Assembly (NCBI RefSeq): GCF_002105155.1 | Contig: NW_019028995.1 | Location: forward strand, 310,001-374,000 | Direction of reading: 5' to 3' | Length of the DNA stretch: 64,000 nt | Source of the DNA: Lobosporangium transversale | Taxonomy: Eukaryota | Shown: one piece after another, positions 1 to 12,525 of the stretch | Position numbering within the stretch: the stretch's first letter is position 1 | Layout of the letters: the number at the start of each line of letters is the position of its first letter | The notes under the pieces: model-generated | What the model saw: the letters and a program-made list of their open reading frames with translations, nothing else | What the model was told of the DNA's origin: nothing | The model's database searches: none | Program-made: the position numbers and the translations under genes

Positions 1-99
1 GTGCAATGCTTTGCTTGTGCAGTGTTTTATTTTTACGTTCAATGCGCCTATTAAGTTATCTAATTCATGTGTCCTATTGTTCTCGTTTGAATGGGATAG

Positions 100-333
100 A
101 ATGTTCTTTTTGCTTTCTGCTTCGCCAATGAGCTCTTTTTTGTGGTTTTGTATCTCCTCTCATTCGGATTCCAGACTTCAACCCTTGGCAAGATTGTTCT
201 CTACACATTGGCTGCCTTGACAGGACCTGTCTGTGCTGGAAAGCAAATCATTAACTGTATCCAGTTTGCCAATGCAGCTAAAAACCTAGCTCAGATTGAC
301 ATTGAGGAGCGCAAGCAAGCCAAGAAGAATTAG
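100..333 (+). CDS. PIS1: Phosphatidylinositol synthase (CDP-DAG:inositol 3-phosphatidyltransferase), last exon only
   Basis: After the acceptor ATAG (96-99) the frame reads NVLFAFCFANELFFVVLYLL...GPVCAGKQIINCIQFANAAKNLAQIDIEERKQAKKN*, matching the PIS1/CDIPT C-terminus (CxxNELFY...K..I..I.L..AA..LA..D). Confidence 0.85.
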   Translation, partial: NVLFAFCFANELFFVVLYLLSFGFQTSTLGKIVLYTLAALTGPVCAGKQIINCIQFANAAKNLAQIDIEERKQAKKN

Positions 334-584
334 ACATCCCAACGTTTTTTTTTTAATGTGTATTTATATGAAAATAAATATTTCTTTTTTGATCAAGTGC
401 ACGTGATCACATCATGCAGTTCCTTTCTACCCTGACAGCTTGCCTTTTGTGTCTCTGCTCTTTGTTTGAATAATAAAAAACAGTGCTTTATTAACCCACT
501 CACTCTCGCCCACACATTTGCTCGTTATACTATTCTCTTTGCTTCCATTTATTCAGGCGAATTCATTTCTTTGCCTCTGTCCTC

Positions 585-2615
585 ATGCGTCGAACGGTAT
601 CGCCTGCGCAGCTCCCTAGTCAAGTTTATACCAGCTCTACCTTAGCCCACCAACATTCATTTCATGCAATGCCCTCAAACCATGGCTCCTCGCCCTCCAC
701 CAGTCATTTGCTGCAGAATGCAACCCCTAGCTATGGTCCATATAACTTTCAAGCCCACAGTAGCTCAACTCTCGATACATCAATCGTTCCTCGACCAACA
801 CAGGGCGATCGCATGACCTGCATCGTTAATGCGTCTATTACTTGCATCAGTGCTTCTGTGACCGTTTCACGCCAGGATAACTTTTACGCCAGCACTGGCC
901 AGGAGGGCAATGATAGATCGAACACAGTAAGTAACCCGACCATCAAAGGACAGACTGGCAGTAACCAGGGTCATTATCGTAGCCAGAGTCGTCAAGACGA
1001 ACAAGACCGTTTACGACTTTACGTTTTTGGAGGATTTCACCAATACACAGATGCGGTCAATAATGATCTCTATCGTCTAGACATCGATACGATGTCATGG
1101 GAGAAATTAATCTATACCAAAGGTGAACCTCCTTCGAAACGAAACGACCACTCTGCTATTCTTTGGGGTGATGATCGCATCGTGATCTTTGGAGGCAGCG
1201 ACGAGCGCAACCAGTTCTGTAATGATGTTCATGTCCTTCACGTAAGGACACTCACATGGGAAACACCTGTTACGAGTGGCTCCATCCCTGTTGGGAGGGC
1301 AAAGCATGCGGCAACCATCATGGACAACAAACTCTATATTTCCGGTGGTTGCCTAGAAGAGGGAGTGTCACAGGAGCTACTTTGTCTGAATCTTTTGACA
1401 TGGGAATGGGAGGAACCCATTGATTTTGTCCCGAGGCACACGCATACTCTGTTTGTTTATCGACAGAAGCTGTTTGCATATGGTGGATACAATGAAGAGA
1501 TGGATCGTACAGGAGTGATTGCTTATATGGATCTGGAAACAAATCAAGTCACAAAGATTAATGTATCAAATGAAATTGCGCCCAATGTTGCTGCTCAGCA
1601 ATATTCACAGGTGTGCGGCAATTACCTCGTTGTCGTCATATCTCAAGGTGTGCGCTACGAGCTTCAGAAATTCACAGGGGGGATTTGGACATTGAACCTA
1701 GATTGTTTTCAATGGACAAAGCATGATGACTGGAAGGTTTTGGGCGAAAATCACACATGGCATTACTTTTCGATGGCAAGGGATGGGGAACAGTTCTATC
1801 TCATTGGCGACGTCAATGACTCTGATGAATATTTCAAGCAAGTGCTTACAATTGACTTAAGAGAATATGGATCCTTTCTGGAGCCGCCTGTGACGATAGG
1901 AAATGAACTTGGACGGCTATTGCACGATCAAATGTCGCTGGCCGACTTTCGAATCATCTGCACAGGCACAGATGCCCAATCAAATGCAGCGATACACAGT
2001 GTCGGCTCCTTTAACGGATACTATGCCCCTTCAGACAGCAGCGGCGATCATGACATGATGATTGATAGCCATCCTATGATTTCGCACCAAAGAACCCGGT
2101 CACAGCGTCAGACACCATCTTCCAGTCGTGCAACAAGTCCAATGCAGGAGCCCATCATGTGTCATAAGCTGATCTTGATGGCTAGGTGGCCTCATTTTGC
2201 CAGCATGGTTCAGTCGGGTATGCTGGAGGCTCAAACAAGCACATTGACCCTTCCAGAACCATATGAAACTGTCAAGGCATTTGTTGACTATCTATATACA
2301 GATTCGATTGAAGGCGTGCCAACGGACACGATCGCCGACCTTCTAGTGATGGGAAGCATGTATGTAATGAAGCGTCTCGTCCAGCTCTGTAGCTCGGCTC
2401 TTCATCAGCAGATTGACATCGGGACAGTATCAAGGATTTATCATCGAGCGGGGCTGAGTGGTCAGATCGGCCTACGACAGCGAGCGCTTAAATTCATGTT
2501 CAGGAACTATGGCCCTGTCAGCAAGACGATCGGATTCCGATCTCTACCCAAAGAAGCACTTTTTGATTTCTGGGACTCGACTCCCGAAGGTGCTGTCATT
2601 AACATTGCAGTGTAA
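585..2615 (+). CDS. Kelch-repeat and C-terminal BTB/POZ domain protein (LZTR1/Ral2/Mds3-like)
   Basis: 676-aa single ORF with Kelch repeats (LYVFGG, IVIFGG, LYISGG, LFAYGG) and a BTB motif (CHKLILMARWPHFASM..SGM.E...FVDYLYTD). Confidence 0.85.
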   Translation: MRRTVSPAQLPSQVYTSSTLAHQHSFHAMPSNHGSSPSTSHLLQNATPSYGPYNFQAHSSSTLDTSIVPRPTQGDRMTCIVNASITCISASVTVSRQDNFYASTGQEGNDRSNTVSNPTIKGQTGSNQGHYRSQSRQDEQDRLRLYVFGGFHQYTDAVNNDLYRLDIDTMSWEKLIYTKGEPPSKRNDHSAILWGDDRIVIFGGSDERNQFCNDVHVLHVRTLTWETPVTSGSIPVGRAKHAATIMDNKLYISGGCLEEGVSQELLCLNLLTWEWEEPIDFVPRHTHTLFVYRQKLFAYGGYNEEMDRTGVIAYMDLETNQVTKINVSNEIAPNVAAQQYSQVCGNYLVVVISQGVRYELQKFTGGIWTLNLDCFQWTKHDDWKVLGENHTWHYFSMARDGEQFYLIGDVNDSDEYFKQVLTIDLREYGSFLEPPVTIGNELGRLLHDQMSLADFRIICTGTDAQSNAAIHSVGSFNGYYAPSDSSGDHDMMIDSHPMISHQRTRSQRQTPSSSRATSPMQEPIMCHKLILMARWPHFASMVQSGMLEAQTSTLTLPEPYETVKAFVDYLYTDSIEGVPTDTIADLLVMGSMYVMKRLVQLCSSALHQQIDIGTVSRIYHRAGLSGQIGLRQRALKFMFRNYGPVSKTIGFRSLPKEALFDFWDSTPEGAVINIAV

Positions 2616-3067
2616 TCTGCATAGTTTGCATAATTTGATATTCTTACCCTTTTTTTTTTTTTTTTTTAAAAAAAAAGTTACTTCTTTCTTCTTTTTGTTT
2701 ATGTTGTTGCATTGCTATTGTTGTTGCTGTACTATTCATATTTATTACCCTCCTTTACCTAATTACCCTCCTTCATCTCCATCCCTCTACCCATTTACAG
2801 CAATTAACGCTAGCGGCGCTTGATTTCCTCGGCATCCTCTTGTGCGGTAGATAGCTGAAGTACATATTGGAATATTGTAGAAAGTAGAAAAATAAATAAA
2901 AAAATCAATAAAAGCACAGCCCATGGATGAAGGCAAAGTAGAAGTATGGCAACGCCATCGTGGCTTACAAACATGGTCTGCCATATCCGAGAGTGTTAAA
3001 GAGCACTAAAGACAGCCTTTTCTTTTAAAAGCATGTGTACCATTGAATCACTTACGCTTACGCTTTA

Positions 3068-3104
<37 letters not shown>

Positions 3105-3300
3105 CGTCTTACTGAACTATTTCTGAGGGTCTACTACATACCAAAAGTTTAGAAAAGATAGAGCACTGATCAAAGAGAAGCCGACAGCATATGTCACTGT
3201 GGAAGCGAAGGCTCAGCTTCGTAAAAGATAAATTGTAATGAAAGCTTGCTCCAGTGAGGAGTAAACGGCCTGCTAAATTGACTTTTTTTTAATTCTATTT

Positions 3301-3540
3301 CAAAGCATTGAATTAGAAAATGAAGAAGTCAAGGATGGGGAGAAGATTGATGGTAATAGAGGGGACAACCAGCATTTTGCACAGCTTTTTATCCAGCTCT
3401 ATAAGGATGCAGATGACGATGCTAAACACACGGTGATGAAGGGTTTTACGGAGAACAATGGTACATGTTTATCAACGAACTAAAAGGAAGTTGGCGATGA
3501 AACTCGTCCTCCAGAAGGCATGGTTGCAAAAAAGATAGGC
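3301..3540 (+). pseudogene. SGT1: Decayed fragment of SGT1 (SGS domain, Hsp90 co-chaperone)
   Basis: The frame from 3301 reads ...EEVKDGEKIDGNRGDNQHFAQLFIQLYKDADDDAKHTVMKGFTENNGTCLSTN*KEVGDETRPPEGMVAKK. This matches the SGS consensus LF..IY.DAD.D..RAM.KSF.ES.GT.LSTNW.EVG...V...PP.GM..KK, but the conserved Trp is TAA (3481-3483). No TPR or CS domain is recognisable upstream. Confidence 0.8.
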
Positions 3541-4730
3541 TTCATAGAAAGCATCTTTCAATATTTCAGCATATCTATACCATAGTTTGGTATTGCTAAC
3601 TCATTCACACCTATTCGTTTGTATTTTGTACTTCAACTACCATATTGGTAATAAAGTACATAAAATCTTTGAAGGCTCCCTAGAGTTGATAGAGTGTGTG
3701 TGAATTACAATGTTAAAAGGAAAATGAAGGAAAAGGTTCCTTATCCGACTGTTATGCTTAGTTTCAGCCCCTCCACATGAGTACATGTAGTGGCATGCTT
3801 AGTGCACCTCAAACCTTGATAATTCATTTGTACCTGTCTGTGTGCCTCGCTGCTTTTTTTTTTTTTTTTTTGAGAGCTATTCAACCCGACAAACAAATAA
3901 GCAAGTAAGTAAGCACACAGTGCGATTTGTCCTTTCTTCTAACCATCCAGCGGGTAAATAAGACAGCATATTCATTTGGGCGTTCATTCAAGGCATACCC
4001 TTTTTCTTTGGGATAAAAAAAAGAAAAAAGAAAAAAAGAGCAGGAGTTGGTTGGTTTTTTACATACAAAGTTGGCCTTAGTCTATGAGTAACAATGGACA
4101 AAACAAAGGGACCCTGGTCGGTTGTCTACCCAGATATTTCTCAGAGCACGAGCAAACCGGGAATAGTATAAATGAACCTTCGAACAAAAAAGATCCATGC
4201 GATAAACGAGAACGACAAATGCGATTGATCAAGGCCAGAGAGCAGGAAGAAGTTGAGAAGTTGTGTAACCAAGAGCTGTGGATGAACTCGTTCGGACAGG
4301 TCTGGCCCAAGTTGCTCTTTGCCATTTTTCTTTTTTTTTTTTTTTCCTCTTTTCCTTCTTTACTCTTTCGAGCCCTCTTCCCCTCCCCACGCCCTGTCCT
4401 TCCTTCTACCATCCTATCCTTCCTTCTACCTAGACCTTCCTCCTTCCCTTCCTCCTCTACCGCCCGTCATTTGTTGCTGCTCTTCTGCCTTCCAGCCTGC
4501 AAATTTCCTTGTGACATACTCTCTCCATCGCTCCAGTATATCTTCATCTCTTTCCCGTTAACGATTTCCCCCTGTTTACTTTAACCTTGTCATCATCTCA
4601 TTGTCATATTTCGATTCATTACTTCAGCAAAAAAAGAAAAGAATCGTCTCATCTGCATCACCTCTGTCTTACCACACTTGACGTCTAATTTTATTGAAGC
4701 ATAAAAAAAAAAGAGGACTGACATTCGACT

Positions 4731-5882
4731 ATGAAGTTGTCAAAAGCAACCACGTTTCTGACCTTATATGCTGCGTTCCTCTTGGCTGCGCTGCCGTCTG
4801 ATGTCCATGGTCAAAGTATCTCTTCCCTTTTACCTTCTTCTAACCACCCTGCTACCACGACATCAGCCAGAGCGACCACAACCACGACAACCGTACCTGT
4901 CACCAACAATCCTCCTACGCAAACCCATACGACTCCTGCTCAAAAGACGACGACTGTAGCCAGCTCGGCGAATCGATTGTCCACAAACACTCAAAGCGCA
5001 CTCCCAACCACAACAACAAGTTTACCCATCCCAAGCAACAGTGATACCTGCGTAAACTCTTCTACATGTGCTGAAGGCCTTGTGTGTGCAGCGACAAATG
5101 GCACAGCGGGTACGTGCCAGCAGTTTGCTTATGTCTGCCAATCTAGTCCAGCTCTGACTTGTGTGACCAGCGCAGATTGCCCCCTGGCATTCTCACTCTG
5201 CACCGATGTAGAGGGCCAAAGAATTTGCGCAGGACGGGGCATCCCCGGCACTACTAACGAGTGTAAAGACCCCAAGGATAGTAGTTTGCAAAATACGCTC
5301 AAATATGCAGGCATTGCCGTTGGATCAGTTGCTGCATTTGCAGTCGTATTTGCTCTAGTTCGTTGGAAGAGACGTCGTCAACGCAGTGGTGTACCTGCAG
5401 AGATGTTTGGGGAGGTTGATTATGGCATGGCCGACCGTAATGGCTCGTCAAAGCCTGTAGAAAACTATCCATTCTCTAGCCGACCCAATGCCCATGGAAG
5501 TGATTATGCTCCTTCGCCGTTTGATTACAATGGTGGAGGTGGAGGTGGAGGTGGAGGTGGCCGTGGGTATGATGACCAATACTATGCAGAGCCTGTTGGA
5601 TATAACAACATGCATTCTGGCAAGGTGCGACAAGATCAATACTATGGTCATAATCAGTATGATAATAATCAGTACAGTGGCGGCTATGATCACCGCAATG
5701 ATGGTTTCTATGACCACGGTGGATACGATGGCTATCAACACCATCCAACTTCGCCAGCGCCTGTCGCACGGACCACTTCATCTCGCCATCAAAACTCCAA
5801 TACAATGGATAACTATGGTGCTGAGCCTTCAGAGCTGGACTTTGGTGGGCATGGCAGATATGGTGGTGGTGGCCGTTACTAG
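4731..5882 (+). CDS. Type I single-pass cell-surface protein (signal peptide, Ser/Thr-rich stalk, Cys-rich ectodomain, TM helix, Gly/Tyr/Asp-rich tail)
   Basis: 383-aa ORF with a hydrophobic N-terminus, a Thr-rich region, about 10 Cys, and TM YAGIAVGSVAAFAVVFALV followed by RWKRRRQR. Confidence 0.75.
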   Translation: MKLSKATTFLTLYAAFLLAALPSDVHGQSISSLLPSSNHPATTTSARATTTTTTVPVTNNPPTQTHTTPAQKTTTVASSANRLSTNTQSALPTTTTSLPIPSNSDTCVNSSTCAEGLVCAATNGTAGTCQQFAYVCQSSPALTCVTSADCPLAFSLCTDVEGQRICAGRGIPGTTNECKDPKDSSLQNTLKYAGIAVGSVAAFAVVFALVRWKRRRQRSGVPAEMFGEVDYGMADRNGSSKPVENYPFSSRPNAHGSDYAPSPFDYNGGGGGGGGGGRGYDDQYYAEPVGYNNMHSGKVRQDQYYGHNQYDNNQYSGGYDHRNDGFYDHGGYDGYQHHPTSPAPVARTTSSRHQNSNTMDNYGAEPSELDFGGHGRYGGGGRY

Positions 5883-6167
5883 AAATATTTTGTTGGAATA
5901 AAAAAAGGCCTGTGTTGCCATTGCACGTGACTTGTATACATCAAATGTGCAAATATAATCGTTGATCACAATGCGAGCATCATTGAGGTTTCTCATACAG
6001 GAATTCTGCTGTTAATGGTGTTAATGGTGTAGGGTCCGATTGTTTTTGGTGATGTAATGTTTTAAATATTTAATGTAATATCCATTGTTTGTTTTATCAA
6101 GGGGAAAAGGCTTTTGCAGGCAGGAAACATTTTTATTTTTTATCTGCACCATCAAAATCATTTAGTT

Positions 6168-6202
<35 letters not shown>

Positions 6203-6336
6203 CAGGACAGTCTTGCATCGCTTCACAGCTCATTTACTAAAGCCATCGAATTGCATCACCCGCCTATTATTTGTTATATTCTACCGTCTAAAAAAGAGTG
6301 CTTAGAACATTGATTTAATTTTACAAGGCTCGCTCA

Positions 6337-6809
6337 ATGACTATTCTACCGCTCAACTCCACGCCTGGAAGGAACACACCAACACAACAGAATGCATCCT
6401 ATTTTCCTACACAAGGAGGGCCAACGATTGGCATACCAAGTGCATACGATGCTTACGGTGGAAGGAAAGCAGATGCAGGAAGTGGATATGGATTTGGTGG
6501 CATGAGTAGCGCTAGCAACAGTTCCAGCAGCGGAAGAATTCACCACGGAGGACGACCCCATGGATCTGGAGGTATTTCAGGTTTTGTACCTTTGTTCCTA
6601 AGGAGATTGTTTCGTTTTCCACATATGGATTTTCAGGTAAAATGGGATCAGATATGAGCTTTTTGGTTCCGGACGGAAGAAAGAATAACTAATCTCTTTA
6701 CTTTCTTGCCATTCTGCTGACTCAATTGATAATTCTTGTAGTTTGCATTATGGCAAATGGTTTATCTCTGTATATCACCAAGGATAGTGTAAGTTACTGC
6801 TTTGTAGTT

Positions 6810-6865
<56 letters not shown>

Positions 6866-7964
6866 GTTGAATTGACAATATATTCCTTACCATCAAATTG
6901 ATCTGTTGTTTTTACGATAATAGATATCGCAATATTCATTATCACAAACGTAGGGCAATAGTTTGTTTTTTTATATCCTTGATTCTATATGTTATTTGGA
7001 GACAGCAGTTGCGTAGCGCAGGATCATCATTGAACTAAGGATTTTATCAATATTTATTTGTTTTCATGCAGAAACTAAGAATCAATGGGCACGGGATGAT
7101 CCAGCATTCATGGTGATTCTTTCAGGGATATTGGGATGTAAGTTGCGCTGCATGAAGCTAAAGATGATTATATCGATAAACTTGAAGGATATTTACGTGG
7201 TAGCGTTAGAAAATTGGTCTAACGAGTGTTTCATAGGCTCCGCTATCGCATGGGGTTTAGTTTATGGACACGGAATGATGGGTATCCTTCGCATGATGCT
7301 TTATATGGTCTTTGTAGATTTCGTGGTCATCGGACTTATTGTTGCAACGATTTGCTGGTAAGTATTATTTTCAACTTATTAGCCCAATTTGTAGGTATAC
7401 TTTGTTAAATTTTATAGAAAGATCCTAAACTTCAATATATCTTCTAATAACAACCATTATTGTTTTCTCCTTGCAATATCTGTTCATAAAGGACAATCGC
7501 CAACCGCTTCCTCACACGAGTAAGCGTTTACTCAACTGACCAAACGGTTGAATGGCAATATGCCTTCGATATTCATTGCAATGCGTTCATGCCTGTGATT
7601 GCACTCTTGTACATCATCCAAATGGTGTTCATGAAAGTTCTGCTCAAGGATTTCTGGATATGTAGTTTACTTGGCAATACTCTTTATCTGACCGCGATTG
7701 TTTACTACTGCTATATTACATTCTTGGGCTATAATGGTAAGATAACGGACAGAAATGTATTATTATTATTGGCTGATTTCGTTTTTATATGGAGTATGAA
7801 TGCCGTGATACTGACTTTTATGTATATATATTATAGCTCTTCCATTTGTTAGGCACCCGGAGATGTTCTTATACCCCATTACGATCTTTGTTATCTTTTA
7901 TGTTATAGTATTGATCCTTGGCGTCAATATCAGCGCCAAAGTTTTGACATTATACTTTGGATAG
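6337..7964 (+). CDS. GMH1: UNC-50/Gmh1 family Golgi membrane protein (about 7 exons)
   Basis: Spliced translation gives RLFRFPHMDFQFALWQMVYLCISP..VYRNIHYHKQTKNQWARDDPAF and VEWQYAFDIHCNAF, hallmark UNC-50 motifs. Introns are GT-AG; stop TAG at 7962-7964. Confidence 0.9.
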
Positions 7965-9789
7965 CTATCGAGAGGGGGGGGGGGGGTTTTTTTTTTTATT
8001 TCTCACCAGAAACGCATGTCGCCAGGGGTTGGAAAGGTGGTAAATATAGCCGTGTACATCAAGACAATTACATTAGGGAATAAAAGCAATTATTGTACGC
8101 TTTTTTATTTTTTTTATTTTATTTTTCTCGTCTGGTGTCTCGACTTTAGGCTTGTCAAATATGAAATGTCCTCAAGCACATATGCGAGTGTAATTATTGG
8201 GCAGAATTCGCTCCAAGGATTCAATAACCTTGTTGTCAACTAGCTTTTCTCAGTCAATTCAAACAGCGTTTGGCGGCTTCTTTACCGATAAACAGTGTGT
8301 ACCATTATGTTATGTTGTATGTCTGTGCGTATTTTGTCGCAGTATGGTCCACAAAACTCCTTCCCTATTTCCATGAGTACGTACACAGTACATGTTCAAG
8401 CAGTGAGAGGAATAGAGCCACTAGTTGTTCTTATCTGGAGGCCACCAAACTTTCCCCTTTCTACTCTTCATACTGCATTGTCTTTCCTCCTAACCATCTT
8501 CCTTCCTTGCTGCATGTCTCTTGACTGTCTCTTGGTCTACAAGCAGAAGCTTCATAAGCTTCATTTGTAACGCTCATCACACAGATTAAAACCTAATAGT
8601 AGACCTGGGGTTTATAAAAAATATGTCGATACAATTTACCAAGACACAGCGTGCTGTCCCGTGTGCTCTTCATGTGCAGACTAGCTTTTAATGCTCTGAG
8701 CATGACATAAGCATGGAGGAAGGAAGATGCTCCGTTCAAGCTAATACTTAATATTGGCTCCAAGGGAGAATAAAAACTATATATCATGAAGCCATACAAT
8801 CATCGTCCCCATCATCGCCATCGATTCAAAATGGCTCAGCAATCCTCAAATCCCAGTTTCCAAAGAGTGAAAGCTTGTGAAAGATGTAGATACCCATCCA
8901 AAGACAAGACGTTCAAACCCAGTTTTAGAAATGCATGGTTAATGATTCTGGTTGGCAGAGTAGGAGCACAACGTGATAGTGAGAGCATTATTGAATGTGC
9001 ATGGGCATTCAGATTGTCATGAATTTTTGGAGTTGTCAAAAAGCTTTTTTTTGAGTTTTCAGCCCAAAATAAATAATTGACACAGCCATTGACATTTGGA
9101 AAAAAAACGTGCCGAGCTGAGAAAGGCACAATAGCCCCGCCTCCCCTGCGTTTTTTTCTTTTTTCCTTCTTCCTTCCTCTATTCTACTGTTATTCTTTCT
9201 TTTCCTTTTTCTTTTTTTTTTTTTTTTTTTTTTTTTTTCTTTCTTCATCTCTTGAAATCAACCAAGATCCAACAGGTTCGTGACGCCAAAACAAAATAAA
9301 AAAGAAACTTGTGCAACCAACCAAATCCAGTGTCCAAAAAAAAAAAAGAGGGCGGATGATAATGGCCAAAGTCAAGACAATTGGCATTCATTCATTCACT
9401 CATTCATTTATTCACTCATTATTATTTTTTTTTTGTTCATCTCTTTCTTAGCTAATTTAGAACAAGCAAGGTGAGTGGATTATTCATAAATATCATCAAT
9501 CTATTCAACTGTTAAAAGTCTTTTCGCGGCATGGCCAACCTACAACAGCAGTAGTTTTTAAAGCAAAAAGAAATAGTGAATGCTTTCGAGGCAACACGGA
9601 AGGTTCACAGGCAGCACAAGCTTGGAACCAATAGTAAAACTCATTCTTCGTATCCCCTGTTTCTTCCTAACAGTCGAACGAGCAATAACGGTAATAAGCT
9701 CATACATGGTTCCTTTTTTTTTTTTTTTTTTTTTTTTTTGATTCCTAGGCCTTAATCATTAAACTGAAAGAATAATAATCTCCCTCAAG

Positions 9790-11302
9790 ATGATGAAAAT
9801 TATCGACAAGATCAAGAACCATGGCCATGAGCATGACAACGCGGCTGTCGAGAAGGCAGCAGCAGAAGCAGCAGCGCAGCAGAGGCGCGAGCAGGAGCAA
9901 AAAGGACCCAAAATGCATCCCGAGCTTTTGGAGCTCTACACCGTCTCAGACAAGGTCTTGGGTGTAGGCACTTTTGCCACGGTGAAGGAGATTGTAGAGA
10001 AATCGACTGGTAACTGCCTCAATTTCAATATTTCTTTTTTTTTTTTTTATTTGTCATGCAATTTTAGTTTGTGTTCCTGTGTGCAATGGACCATTCATTT
10101 CCTTTTGATTTTGTGTAAAAAAAAAAAAAAAAAAAATAGGTAAAAAGTTCGCACTGAAGATTATCCTCAAGAAGACACTTCAGGGAAAAGCCGCTATGCT
10201 GGAGACTGAGATCTCAATCTTGTCCAAAGTTCGTCATCCCAATTGCGTTTCCTTGCTCGAGTTATTTGAGACTGATGATGCCGTCTATTTGATCACAGAT
10301 CTTGCGGAGGGTGGAGAGCTCTTTGATCAACTTTTGCAGAAGGGTTTCTACACTGAAGGAGATGCTGCTCGCTTAGTTTACGAAATTCTATCAGGTGTGG
10401 AATACTTGCACAAAATGGGTATTGTCCACAGAGACTTGAAACCCGAGAACTTGTTGTTCGCAGACAAGTCCGAGAATGCGCGTTTAATGATTACGGATTT
10501 TGGATTGAGTAAGGTTCTGACGGGAGGCAACGACGTGTTGATGACTGCTTGTGGTACGCCCGGATATGTAGCTCCCGAGGTTCTGGAACAAATTGGACAC
10601 GGCAAGCCAGTTGATATGTGGAGTATTGGAGTCATTGCTTATACACTGCTTTGCGGATACACCCCATTCTGGGGAGATGGTAAGCTACCTTTTCGTTATA
10701 TTTTTACTTCAGTCTTAAATAATACAGCATTGTGCTAAAAGCAGCCTTCTCATCCATAATTAGATCAACCTTCATTGTTCGAAAACATTATTTCGGGACA
10801 ATACGAGTATGAAGAGGAATATTGGAAGGATATTTCCGATCTTGCCAAAAACTTTATCGATTCACTTTTGGTCCCTGCTGATAAGAGGCCAACAGCCACT
10901 CTCGCTCTGAGCCATCCCTGGTTCCGTACCGTGTTGGAGCAGGACATGGTGACACCTGTCTCGCCTACCGACAGCGTCAATCTTATGCCTGGAATGCGCA
11001 AGAACTTCAATGCTCGCTCTACTTTCAAGAAGGCTGTTCGTGCAGTGGGTTTGATTCGAAAGATCAACGCCAACTCTTCAGACTCATCGTTTGGTTCGGG
11101 TGAGGATATGGCAAGCCAGCAAGAAGTCACTATGATTGGCGGTAAGGGTCGCCCTTCAAGTACATTGAGCTTCCATGATATCGTGAATGTTGCAGTTCTG
11201 TCTAGTAAGGGTCTTGGCTTGAGTACGACTGAGGAAGACGAGGATGGCGAAACAGAAGGTCTTGAAAAAGCCACAGCAAACTTGGATATTAAGGATTCGT
11301 AA
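9790..11302 (+). CDS. Calcium/calmodulin-dependent protein kinase (CaMK1/CMK type), 3 exons
   Basis: Motifs LGVGTFATV, HRDLKPENLL, ITDFGLS, TACGTPGYVAPE and a CaM-binding-like FNARSTFKKAVRAV segment. Introns at about 10010-10139 and 10680-10763. Confidence 0.93.
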
Positions 11303-11629
11303 AAAATGCAAATAGCCTCCTATTATTTCGTCGTTTTAGTTTAGGATACCCTCACATGCCAGTTACAAAAAAAAAAAAAAAAAAAAAAAACCAGCAACAA
11401 CAACAACATATATATAATTCTGGTTGGATAAAGGTTCAATAATATATATATTACACGAGCTTTATTGCATGCTCTCTAAAAAGATGCCAAATTGTTGTAC
11501 TGCATTGTCGATTGACCCATAAATCCCACACTTCCTTGGCGTACTCTGACTCGACATGTCCTCAGGTATGATACGAAATGTCTCCAGCCCCAAACAATGA
11601 TGACAAGGACAGGGCGATACTCCAATTGA

Positions 11630-12290
11630 TTACGTTTTCCTGTCACGAATGAAGTTGTCAGCCTTGATTTTCTGTCTCCTGACTTCTTTATGATGCTTCT
11701 TGTCCAGGGGATCAGCGAGTCTGGCGGCCCGAACTTCAGGATCGATAATGTCCCACAGCCACTCAGGATAGGCACTGTCTGCAAGAGCGGTTGGATCCTT
11801 GCCATCCTTCATGTAGTTAATGCCCTTGAGCACCGCGCCTTCGGGCGCACTGGAGATAACGGTGCGCTTAGCTAAGTACAGATTGAGGTGTTGAAAATTG
11901 GTTGAAAATATTAACTGACTGTCTCTTGGATTAAATCAATTGATATGATCAAAACTGAACAGTGTCAGTCTGAAAGAGTATTAGGCAAAGTCCTTGAGAG
12001 CTTTTGAAAAGAGACAAAAATCCTGCGCTGAAATAGACCTGATATTTGTACACTACAACACTATAGCTATTGAGAGGCTGATTACGAACAAAAAGAAACA
12101 AAAAAAAAAAAAAAAAAAAAAAAAAAAGATCAATTTTTTTTGCTTGGGGGTCAATACCTTTTGGTGCAGCAGAACTGGATTCTCCCTTGACATTGAGCGC
12201 ACGATCCGAAACCTGAATCCAACGGACTTGACATTGTTTTGATGCAGTTCTGATGGCTGATGAGGCCATCGTTGACATGGACAAGAGCAT
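11630..12290 (-). CDS. MRPL54: Mitochondrial large ribosomal subunit protein mL54 (yeast MRPL37 family), 2 exons
   Basis: Presequence-like exon 1. Exon 2 reads VISSAPEGAVLKGINYMKDGKDPTALADSAYPEWLW...RRQKIKADNF, the mL54 signature. Confidence 0.85.
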
Positions 12291-12525
12291 AGCGTGTTTT
12301 TTTATGAGGGAATCAGTGAGAAAGTGGAGATTGTGAGATGAGCGGGAAGGTTGGTTTGCCTGCTTCGTGTGGCTTGGTGAACAGCAGATGAAAACAAACC
12401 CTCTGCCTTTACAGGCTCAGTCGTGTGAGTTTCGGGGTGGAAGGGAGAAACTGTTGGTTGTCCGTCCTTTTTTTCCTCCATCCATTCAATCCGTCTAGAC
12501 TAGGCTCTGACAACAAATCGCCACC
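12291..12525. promoter_or_regulatory. Probable bidirectional promoter between the mL54 and uL24m genes
   Basis: Only 235 bp separate the two divergent start codons. Confidence 0.55.

Noticed and set aside
4077..4584. Overlapping ORFs of 80-166 aa upstream of the surface-protein gene
   Set aside because: Low-complexity pyrimidine and poly-T promoter/5' UTR sequence giving F/S/L/P-rich translations with no protein motifs.
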